From Sminthopsis crassicaudata (lineage: Eukaryota): a stretch of 64,000 nt of DNA. The translations under genes and the position numbers were made by a program. The DNA lies in NCBI RefSeq assembly GCF_048593235.1, contig NC_133617.1, positions 396,990,067-397,054,066 of the forward strand, given 5' to 3'. Below are positions 1-10,384 of the stretch, one piece after another (positions within the stretch are counted from its first letter, which is position 1; each line of letters begins with the position of its first letter). The notes under the pieces are model-generated. The model saw nothing but the letters and a program-made list of their open reading frames with translations. It was not told the origin of the DNA and did not search any database.

Positions 1-2504
1 CTTAGAGTCTCCCAAACAAGTACAGCTAAAGACAATCTTAGCTGAGAATTTCATCAAGGAAATAAAGCAATTCTGGGGTCAGAAACTGGGAGTGTATATC
101 TTATACATTAGTGCCCTTTCAATTCTTTATTGGTGTTTGGGTACCCTTTGGATTATTTACCAGCGCAGCAGGTTGAACTAGGTAATAAAAAAAACAACAA
201 CTGAATTGTAATCAGAATTTTTTAGGTAGATACAATCTAAAATGACCTATTCCAGATTTATTTTCTTTGTGGAAAGTAGGATGATAATAGGTAGACAATA
301 CCTCTTTCACTCTCCTATCTTCAAGAGGGGTATTGGGCTAAAATTATATTTTTCTTTTACACATCAGATATTCACATAAAGGATTATGAAGCTTTTAGAA
401 GCTTCAGAACAAAAGCTTCTTTTCTTAGTTACTCCAGATTGGAAATAGTAACAATTTAATCTTAGCTAGTTTAGTTCTACTCCCACCAAATGTTTGGTAC
501 ACAAAGACAATCACAGATCGCACGCAAATATATTTAAAACAAGAAATAAAAAAAAAAAAATTTAACCTGGATTTCTCTTGGCATCCAGTTCCAACATCCC
601 CAGTTTGCCTAAGATGAAGCTCTCTTTGTCCCCTACCACGTGGGTAGGGGTAACTCCCTTCAATTAGTTGTCTACATCTTTATATTGGTGAGAGTGAGCC
701 TTTCCCCCTCTTTCCCCCCAATTTTTAGGCAGTATTTTTTTATCTCCTATATTCAGTGTAGTTGCCATAAACCAAAACAGGGAAAGAACAAAAGCATCCT
801 TTCTTTGCTCCTCCTCTTTTGCCTAACTCAAAGTAAGATATTTGGTGATGTTTATTTCTGTCCTAGGTAGTTTGTCCTTAGTTTTAGGTATTGAAGATGA
901 TCTCCAGAGGCCCAAGAGTTTGAGCCTTAGTGACCCTGGAACCAGGATTTGCAGATGAGGTGGTGCAGCCAACTGTCTAATATGTTAACCCTGAGAAATC
1001 AGGGTACCTGAGACTCACATCTGAAGGGGAACTGGAGATGAATCCACTGGACTTGGATCTGCTCCAAATGAACTAAACTATGAACCTAATCCTCTTCCCC
1101 TCCCCAGACACTGAGGTGATGAAGGAGAGGAGGAGAATCGCCTCCCCAAAATTGGGGAAATTTGTAATTTGTGACTATATTTTTGAAAGTAAATATTCCT
1201 TTGTAAGAAAAAAAAAGTTATTGTGTTACATAATAATTGGAGAAGTCACACTGATGAGTTTAAATCATAAAATAATATACAAGGATAAAGGGTCTCTACA
1301 AGTGTGCAGTTAAAATAAGGAGAGAATAATCCCAGCCTGAGAAGTCCTATCTTGAAATCAAGGGACATTTTGGAGTATCAGCTTTGTCCCCACGCCTCCG
1401 GCTCTGGGAAGGTCTTCTGCTCATGCTTCTCTCCCTCTGCATTTTTCTCTTTTTCCCAATCTTAAATACACATCACAACATTATCTTTCAAGGAACTTCC
1501 CCAAGTTCACCTAGACTGCCCTACAGCCAAGGACGCTAGCAGGCCCTAGCAAAAAAGGGAATAGAGTAGGCCTTGAGGGTTAAATTTAGAGATTGCCTGG
1601 GGAACCACCCATGCATGCCCTTAGGGATAGTCTTGTAAGGTAAATGATCCACTTCACAGATAAGAAAACTGAGCCTCTGGATTAACCCAGATAACAGGTT
1701 TCGGAGCTAGAGTTCAAAGCAAGGTCTTTTGTCTTTTTCCTTTAATCTGAGCTGTTAGATCATAAAACTGTAAATTGTCGAAGATATTTCTCGTCTACTC
1801 CAGTTCACATCCTTTCCAAGTATAGCCCTGAAAGCCTGAGTTCTCCACGACATCCCCGGCCTCCTGGGGAGTGAGGGTATCCAGAGGACTGGCCCTTCTG
1901 CTGTGAGGGCTTGTTGAGCCCTTTTCAGGGCTGCTCATGTACCTCTGGTGTCTACCTGGCACTCAAAGCTTACCTGTGACTCCAAGGTGTAGCATGAGCA
2001 GCGGCCACATCCCAAAAACAGTCTGCCGGGTTGAAGCCCCAAACTCAAATTTAAGATGCAAAGTTATTTCCCAACAGAATGGGCAAATAGGAGCACTTGT
2101 TTTAATAACCATTGATGTGATCTTCAGTGTGGGGTTTGTGGCCAAATGACAGCAGGCCCAGAAGTTGGGCTTCGGTCGAGGGAACAGTTCATATTCTCCT
2201 TGACAAAAGGCAGGTTTCTTTGGGAAACAGGTTACAGACAAAATGCAGGGGTACAATAGACATCAATATATGAAACAGAGTGGGAGACCATTTGGACTGA
2301 CGCATTCCCTCAGCTGGCAGGCTAACACCTGAAAGAGATTAACACCCCAAAAGAGTAAGGAGGAGAAGTGGTGGTGGGGAGCTTGTGGGCTCCTTCCCAG
2401 AATTATGTTCTTAAATCCACAGAGTAAAATACGGAGGATTACAAAGGAGAAGGAAGAGGAACAAGCCTTCCCAGAACAATGTTTATAATAGTGTAACTAT
2501 AACG

Positions 2505-3075
2505 AAGGAGTTATTTTTTATTAAGTGCCTACTATATGCCCGGCAGGGTGCTAAGCATTTTACAAATATTGTCTCATATGATCCTCACAGCAACCCTGGG
2601 AAACAGGTGCTATTATTACTCTCATTTTGCAGATGAGGAAACTTGAGGCAAGCAGAGGTGAAATGACAAGTCTAGCATCCTACAGCTAGTAAGTGATCTC
2701 AGGTCTTCCTGATTTCAGGCTGTCACTCTATCCATGTCAGCCCCTAAAAACTCCTGATCTAATCCAATTGTTGTTGTTCAATTGTTTCTCTCAGGCCCAA
2801 CTTTCGTGACCTCACTGGGGGTTTTCTTGGCAAAGATCCTAGAGTAGTTTGCCATTTCCTTCCCCAGGTCATTTTGCAGATGAGGAAACTAACATTTATA
2901 TAGCACTCGTGCTCAAGCATTGTCCTAAGTACTTTACAATTATTATCTCACAACCCAGGAGGGTGGGAGCTATTATTATCCCTATCCTACAGGTAAAGAA
3001 ACTGAGGCAAGCAGAGAAGGGGCTTGCTCCAAGAAGAAGAGAGGTCAGTGCTTTGAGCCAAAGCCCAAACCCTGG
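2505..3075 (-). mobile_element. Cluster of MIR/MAR1 CORE-SINE fragments
   Basis: Three copies of the CORE motif (ttttgcagatgaggaaact / gtaaagaaactgaggc) with typical MIR flanks (aagtgcctactat...tgatcctcacagcaaccct). Boundaries approximate. Confidence 0.7.
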
Positions 3076-4039
3076 TCCCCCTCAGAGGTTTTCCTTCCTC
3101 TCAAACAGGCGCGCACCCAGAAGTGTCTCCCCAGACATAGATTAGATAAGGACAGCCTTCAGTTATCCCTTCTCCAGATTACCATATTCTTAAATTCAGA
3201 GCAGCCCAGACTTAGGCCTTCCCCTTTCCCCTGGGGACAGTCCCAAAGTCTAAGCACATTTCTCATCCCTCCCAGTCCGGTTAGCCAGCTGCACTCACTT
3301 TCCCCAGGTTCAAGGTCAGATTGTTTTATTGTACCCTGGGAGATGGTTCCTATGCATGTGACCTCAGGGGTTTTACACTTATAGTTAATGTAACACATCA
3401 TTTCCACAAAATATATGGGTAGGTGGAAGAGGAAGAAAAAGAAACCAATCAAAACACTTTTTTTTTTTAAACAAGCTCTTTTTTTTTGTTTTGTTTTGCT
3501 TTGATGAAACAAAGGGTCACACAGCTTAGAAATATTAAGTGTTCAAGGGCAGATTTGAACTCAGGTCCCATGTTCTATCCACTGTGCCATCAAACTGCCC
3601 CCAATCAAACATTTTTAAAAGTACACAGAAGAAAAAAAAAGATGTCCAAAAGAGGAAACAGGGTAATTTTTAACCACCATGTAAAATTTATACATAACTG
3701 TTTATAATGACATGCTATAATAGATATATGTTTATAATTTATAATTATAGGTATAATAATTATATCTAATTATAATATATTGTTATCCAATACATAGATA
3801 ATAACATTTTATTGTGTATATATGTAAAAGTGGGTATATTGCATTAATAAGTTATATGTTTATTTTTAAATATATATTGTATATGTGCATAGTGGATAAA
3901 ACATAAGCTTTTCAGTTCACATACAGTCCTCCCTTTTGTCCGTTCTTGAACGTTGAAATGTTTGTGTTTATTGATAATTAAGTTCCTAATGAAACTAAGA
4001 TCTGGAGAGAATGCGCAGGGACGGGCTGGTTCCCACACC

Positions 4040-4262
4040 CAGCGGTGTCGGAAGTTTAGAGTCGGGGAAGGGAGGGAGGGAGGCCGGTCGGGCCCCCACC
4101 ACCTCCTCCTTGGCTCCGGAGCCCGGGGACACGGACCTCCTGGGAGTCTCTCAGGAACCAGAGGGAGAGGAAACCGTTGGGGAGCTCCCAGGAAGCTGCC
4201 CCCAGCAGGTTGAGCAAGGATTGCGGCTGCCACCCTCCCCTCCCCCTCCCGGCTGGAAGACC
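4040..4262 (+). promoter_or_regulatory. Putative proximal promoter of protease 1
   Basis: GC-richer block upstream of the ATG with ETS core CGGAAGT (4049-4055), GC boxes and a MYB-type CCAACGG on the minus strand (4174-4180). An AT-rich tract at about 3715-3890 precedes it. Motif matches only. Confidence 0.35.
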
Positions 4263-7200
4263 ATGTGCTGGGCCAGGCTAGGCCTCCTGCTACCCCTGCT
4301 AATGGGGGCCCAGGACTACAGTGAGGCGGGGTGGGGAGGTCTACTCCATGAATTGCAGGGGGGAGGGGAGCCCCATGGCTGAAGGGGGGGAGGGCAGGGA
4401 AGGGAGGACTGTTGGATGCCAGTGTGTAGACATGCTCTGTGTGCGAGTGTATGTGACTCCCAGGTAAGTCTCCCCAGATCCATTCTCTCCGTTTCCTCCC
4501 TCAGACATTAAAGGGTTAGATATGAAGGAAGGTAAGTCACTCTTTTATTTGGGGGAGGTACGGGGGCGGTGTACAGCCTAAGGAAAGAGGTGGGTCTGTG
4601 GGACCGAATCACTGTGGACAGGAAACTTGGAGTGGAGACGATACTGTACACGGACAAAAAGCCTAAACCCCACCCATCCCCTTTGCCTCCCCTCTAAGTC
4701 TGTGGACGACACCAGGCCCCTGAGCCCGCCGTTAAGGGCCTGGACGCGTCCCTCCTCAGGTGGCCCTGGCAAGCCAAGCTGGTCTATAGGGCCAAGTACT
4801 GGTGTGGGGCCACCCTCATCTCCCCGAGCTGGCTGCTAACAGCGGCCCACTGCTTCCACAAGTGAGTGCTTCTGCTGGGCGGGGGGGAGGGGGGCGCCGG
4901 GACAAGGGCCTTGTGGAGAGGAGAGTCCCTGTTAATTTCCTTAACCCTGTATCGGATGCAAGCATCCTCTATTCCCTAGACCCTGTCTCCAGCACTTCTC
5001 ATATAAACTGTCACCCCCTCAGCATAACCCTGGAGATTGCTGAGCCTCATATGGTCTAAAAAGTCCATCAAGCCACTTCTTCGGACTTGATTACCCTAAG
5101 AATACTTTCCTAACCTCAGGGATGACCACTGCTCCCCGACTCCTCCCTGGCGCCTCCCCTCCAACCACAAGCCCCCCAGGTCAGCAGCTTCTGAGGCTGC
5201 TACAAGCTCTCTTGCCATTCTTCTCTCCAGTCAAACACAAAAGCCCCAGTTCTGGAAGGTTCATCTGGGATCCAGGAAAATCAGGCCCCGGGGTCTGGAG
5301 GCTAACCAGTTTTATGAGCGACCAATTTCAAAAATCATCCTATACCCTTACTACAGAAGAAACCCATCCAAGGATATTGCCCTGATAAAGATGTGCGCCC
5401 CAATATCCTTCAAGAAGACTGTCCAGCCCATCTGCCTTCCAACCTCCTTGAAGGATTTTCAGAATGTGACCTCGTGTTGGCTGGCCGGTTGGGGGAAACT
5501 CTGGACAAACAATGTGAGAATGAGTAAGAGGAACTGTTGTTATTAAAAATAAAAACCTTGCATTTCTACTTAGTTCATTTGAATCTGCAGTAAATAAGCT
5601 AAGAAACTGAGACCAAGAGGAGATCCGACAGCTTTTATCCAGAGTTCTAGGGCTAGTAAGGGAGGATCAGAAATAACAAAAGTTGGCATGAGAACAAAGT
5701 CTCGCTTTAAGAGGAAGAACAGGCGGGGTAAAATAGAAAGTTAGGAGATTGTGATTAGAGAGAAATGTGAGAGTTCAAAATGATGAAGATGGTATATGGA
5801 TGAATGATGGATGGATGATGTGTATGGATGTAAGGATATGGATGATGGTAAAGTCTAAGGTGTGGACATACTAGGAGATGAAATATATAACTATATTGGG
5901 AGGGGGTGATAGTGATGAGAGGAACCTTAGTTTGCTGGATTGGGGTATCTCCCACAGAACTGAACATAATGCCCCCAAATGTGAAACTGTTAGAACTGAC
6001 TTGTACGACTCTGGGGGAGATTTGCTTTTTAGGTATTAATAATGCTGTAAAAGAATGTTGATATATTGTTTTATACATTTAAAAATCTGATTTTAGGCTT
6101 GTGCTTTTGACACACTCAAAAAAACTTGGACTTTTTTACTCTAAGAATATTTTCCTAACCTCAGGGATATTCACTGCTCCCCAGCTCCTCCCTGGTGCCA
6201 TCTCCCCACTCCAACCATTTCAGAATCTGAAAAAGAAAAGGACTTTTCCAGACAAACTATAAAACTTGATTTGTATGGTGTTTTATGTTATTTAGACCAC
6301 TCTTATTTAGAGCTAGAGATTGAGGGTTTTGTCATTTAATTTTTTGACTACTCTCCATAGAGTCAGGGATATCTGCCTCTTATTTTCTGAATTTGTTTCT
6401 CTCTGTCTCTAATTCCAACAATGACTTTCCCTCCCTTTCCCACATCATTAGGCTTGAACAGACAAAGAGGCCTGAAAGAAACAAAAGTGTCCCTCATTGA
6501 TCAAAAGACCTGCAACATCTATCTCAAGAGATTAAGCACTCCCAGTCGGGTGGACTTGGTGTTTGATGATATATTCTGTGCTAACTTTTCAAGTGGCAAG
6601 AAAGATAGTTGCCAGGTGAGGTGTCTTTATTTTGTTTAAATAGAAATTTTTCAGTTTTATGTAACCGAAATCATTCATTTTGTCTTCCATGTTCCTCTCT
6701 AGTTTGGTCAAGAGCTCTTTCCTTATCCATGACTGTTAAAGTTTTGTTTTTTCCCTTCCTTTTTTCTCATATTTGCTTATGGTATTTTATATATGTATAT
6801 ATATATATATAATACCTAGATTTTATATCCATTTGTAGCTTATTGTGGTATATGATGTGCAATGAGGTCTAAACCTAATTTCTACCAGACTATATACCAA
6901 TTTTCCCAGATTTTTTTTTTTTTAGTCAAATAATAAGTCCTTAGCCCAATTTTTAGAGTTCTTGGATTTATCAAAACTTGTGTTTCAATATTAGTTTTCT
7001 TCTTGTTCTTCTATTTTTTTTTTTAAATTAAAGCTTTGGGTGAGGTGTCATAATTAGATTAACAACTTGATTCAACCTTTCCAAATTCCCACTGGGATTC
7101 CTAAAGTGAAGGGGCTCCCCTGTGGCCTTCCCTACCACCACCAGATATTCTAGGTCCCTTTCCCTTTCTGTTCAATCCAATGAATGCTTTTTTGAAAAAT

Positions 7201-7558
7201 ACTATACCCATATCCCTTATGTCTCACTCCCTCTTTCTTCTTCCAGGGTGATTCTGGAGGGGCCTTGTCCTGTCAGGTCAATGGTACCTGGCATCTAGCT
7301 GGCATTGTGATCTGGGAACTGGGCTGTGATTACACTAACCTGCCTGGCGTCTACACCAATGTCAGCATATACACTCCTTGGATCCTACAAACCATCAACT
7401 CAAGCACCCCTAACCTCCAATCCTCAGGGATCTTTTGCACCTTACCAATACTGCTAGCTTGGATTTTCTTAGGTCCCTTTACTTCATCTCTCATGCATCT
7501 TAGTCAAGGCTTGGCAAATATGGTGAAGCAAAGAAAGACTGAATGTTGTGGCAAATAG
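4263..7558 (+). CDS. Testisin/PRSS41-like S1A serine protease, 338 aa, 6 coding exons, atypical zymogen
   Basis: Exons 4263-4320, 4505-4531, 4699-4861, 5231-5523, 6452-6615, 7247-7558; all GT-AG, total 1017 nt. Translation gives signal peptide [25 protein letters not shown] (His57), KDIALI (Asp102), [22 protein letters not shown] (Asp189, Ser195), PGVYTNVS and hydrophobic [13 protein letters not shown], which resembles the testisin C-terminus. AATAAA at 7769-7774. Orthology (PRSS21, PRSS41 or a marsupial paralog) not resolved. Confidence 0.88.
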
Positions 7559-9002
7559 TAAGTCCTTACTTTTCAATTAAAATGATATTTGAAGATACTC
7601 CCTAACCTAATACCATCTCCTCCATCCCATACCTGAGGAGGGTGGCAGCTTAGAAACAAACAATTAAATTGTAGGAAAAGTTGGGAAAAAGAGTCAGAAA
7701 AACTTTGAGTTTTTTGATGCACTCAACAAGCTTCTTTCTTTGACTATTTATCATAGATTGACTGTTACAATAAAGATTTCTTTTTCAAGGCAATATGGAT
7801 TCTTTTAAAATGGCTTCTCTATTGCACTATCCCTAATCATGACTTGTCAAAGGAGAGAAGTAAAGATAAAAGTTTTACTTTTCCCGGGAACTCTGGCCCC
7901 CAGTCACCCCACAGCTTCCCTTCTTTGTTCTCACTGTCGGGATAGCGAGAGGGGCTTGTTCTCCCCGTGTTCTCTCGTTCTCCCCGTGTTCTCTATGTTT
8001 CTCATATACATTGCAATCCCTCTCACTACCTTTGGAACCAGAATCTAAATAGTCCCAAGCATAACAGAAAATCAGAAGACTCCAATTCACGGAATCACAG
8101 GCTTTCCATTTTGGAAAGACAGTCTCCATTCTATGTTATGACTCTGTTTACTTGCCCAAGTAATTTCATTTATTTCATTATCCCTTTCTTGTCCCCATTC
8201 TGAATACTATCAAAAAGATCATTTTTAAATAATGCTCTTCCCCACTCTTTTTAAAGTGCATTTGGCTACTAGTTTATGTCTAGGAGTGGGTTGGGACAGG
8301 CTAAAAAATGGGCTTGTTGGCTAGAAAAAAAAAAGCATAAAAGGGAAGTAAGATTTAAAGTGGGATGCCTGGAATTCAAAGGGTAGGGGGCTAGAGGGAT
8401 TTAAGTAAGTACATAACTAGAAGTTCCAATTGAGTTAGTCAAAGTCCTCATTTCTGGGACTTTGACCCATTGCAATGTAGCATAGAATATATACAGTCAT
8501 ACGGTGGAGCTGTTGGTGATATGGAACTGGATTAGCCTGGGTCAAGGTCATGATAAAGGCAAAGATTTAGTTAAAGTATGAGTAAATGTGAAAGACAGAA
8601 AACTAGATTTTTTTCAGAGGATGGAATTTCAGTTTCATATCTTACAATTCAACTCCTTTAGAGGATTTTAAAAACAGTTGAGATATCAGACATCATCTAG
8701 TTCAATCCCCTTATTTTTCAGATGAGGAAACTAAATCTGAGGATGATAATTAGGTGGGGGTTTGAATCTGATTCTGGTTAGATAAATCCACAGTAACCAT
8801 ATCTTCCAACCTCACCACCCTGGCCATGCAAGGGATTCTTTTTTTTTATTTAACAGTGCAATAAGCCTTTATTGCCTTTTTATAAAACAGGTTGTGGTAC
8901 TATAAGTACAGAAAATGTGAAGATTAATAATAAAAAGATAGCTATTTCCTTTCAGAAGCTTACAATTCAGTTATTTTAAAAAACTTTTTATTAAAAAAAT
9001 CT

Positions 9003-9144
9003 GGGGGCAGCTAGGTGGCGCAGTGGATAGAGCACCAGCCTTGAATTCAGGAGTTCAAATCTGGTCTCAGACACTTAACACTTCCTGGCTGTGTGACCCT
9101 GGGCAAGTCACTTAACCCCAGCCCCAGAAAAAGAAAAAAAAAAA
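9003..9144 (+). mobile_element. WSINE1-type marsupial SINE
   Basis: gggggcagctaggtggcgcagtggatagagcaccagcc...gagttcaaat...ctgtgtgaccctgggcaagtcacttaacccc plus A-tail; tRNA-derived A/B boxes. Confidence 0.9.
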
Positions 9145-9174
9145 GTTTTTAATTTTAAAAATCTGGCTTTGCAA

Positions 9175-10291
9175 TAAACTGGGAAAACATTTTTTTACAG
9201 TTAAAGGTTCTGATAAAGGCCTCATTTCTGAAATATATAGAGAACTGACTCAAATTTATAAAAATTCAAGCCATTCTCCAATTGATAAATAGTCAAAGGA
9301 CATGAACAGACAATTTTCAGATAATGAAATTGAAACTATTTCTATTCATATGAAAGGGTATTCCAAATCACTATTAATCAGAGAAATGCAAATTAAGACA
9401 ACTCAGATACCACTACACACCTGTCAGATTGGCTAAGATAACAGGAAAAGATAGTGAGGAATGAGGGGATGCAGGAAACCTGGGACACTGATGCATTGTT
9501 GGTAGGACTGTGAACGAATCCAGCCATTCTGGAGAACAATCTGGAATTATGTCCAAAAAGTTATCAAACTGTGCATACCCTTTGATCCAGCAGTGCTACT
9601 ACTGGGCTTATATCCCAATGAAATACTGAGGAGGGGAAAGGGACCTGTATGTGCCAAAATGTTTGTGGCAGCTCTTTTCATAGTGGCTAGAAACTGGAAG
9701 ATGAATGGATGTCCATCAGTTGGAGAATGGTTGGGTAAATTATGGTATATGAAGGTTATGGAATATTATTGTTCTATAAGAAATGACTAACAGGATGAAT
9801 TCAGAAAGGCTTGGAGAGACTTACATGAAATGTAAATGAAATGAGCAGAACCAGGAGATCATTATACACTTCAACAACAATACTGTATGAGGATGGATTC
9901 TGATGGAAGTGGATATCTTCAACAATGAGAGGATCTAATTCAGTTCCAATTGATCAATGATGGACAGAAGCAGCTACACCCTGAGAAGGGACACTGGGAA
10001 ATGAGTGTAAACTGTTTGCATTTTTGTTTTTCTTCCCAGGTTATTTTTACCTTCTGAATCCAGTTCTCCCTGTGCAACAAGAGAACTGTACGGTTCTGCA
10101 CACCTATATTGTATCTAGAATATACTATAACATGTTTAATATGTATAAGACTGCCTGCCATCTAGGAGAGGGGATGGAAGGAGGGAAGGGAAAAATCGAA
10201 ACAGAAGTGACTGCAAGGGATAATGTTGTAAAAAAATTACCCATGTATATATTCGGTCAATAAAAAGTTATAATTAATAAAAAAAAAAAAA
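9175..10291 (+). mobile_element. 5'-truncated LINE-1 (ORF2 C-terminus, 3'UTR, polyA)
   Basis: ORF2 C-terminal motifs (SDKGLIS, LLLGLYP, MFVAALFIVARNWK, CPSVGEWLGKLWY), marsupial L1 3'UTR and poly-A tail. Imperfect TSD aaaatct(g/a)gctttg(c/t)aa at about 9157-9174 and 10292-10309. Confidence 0.9.
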
Positions 10292-10384
10292 AAAAATCTA
10301 GCTTTGTAACTACAGTGTTACACGGTATGGAAAACTCCCTCTACTGATGAAGGTCAGCAACTGCACTGTAACATAGGGTTTTTG

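Noticed and set aside
1974-2010. Minus-strand MWPLLMLHLGVT(G)|GTAAGC, resembling a phase-1 signal-peptide exon of a divergent secreted gene
   Set aside because: The hydrophobic core is short. The best next exon (about 1545-1511) ends in an in-frame TAG, and no protease or lectin exons were found in 1-1970. Cannot be excluded without sequence left of the window.
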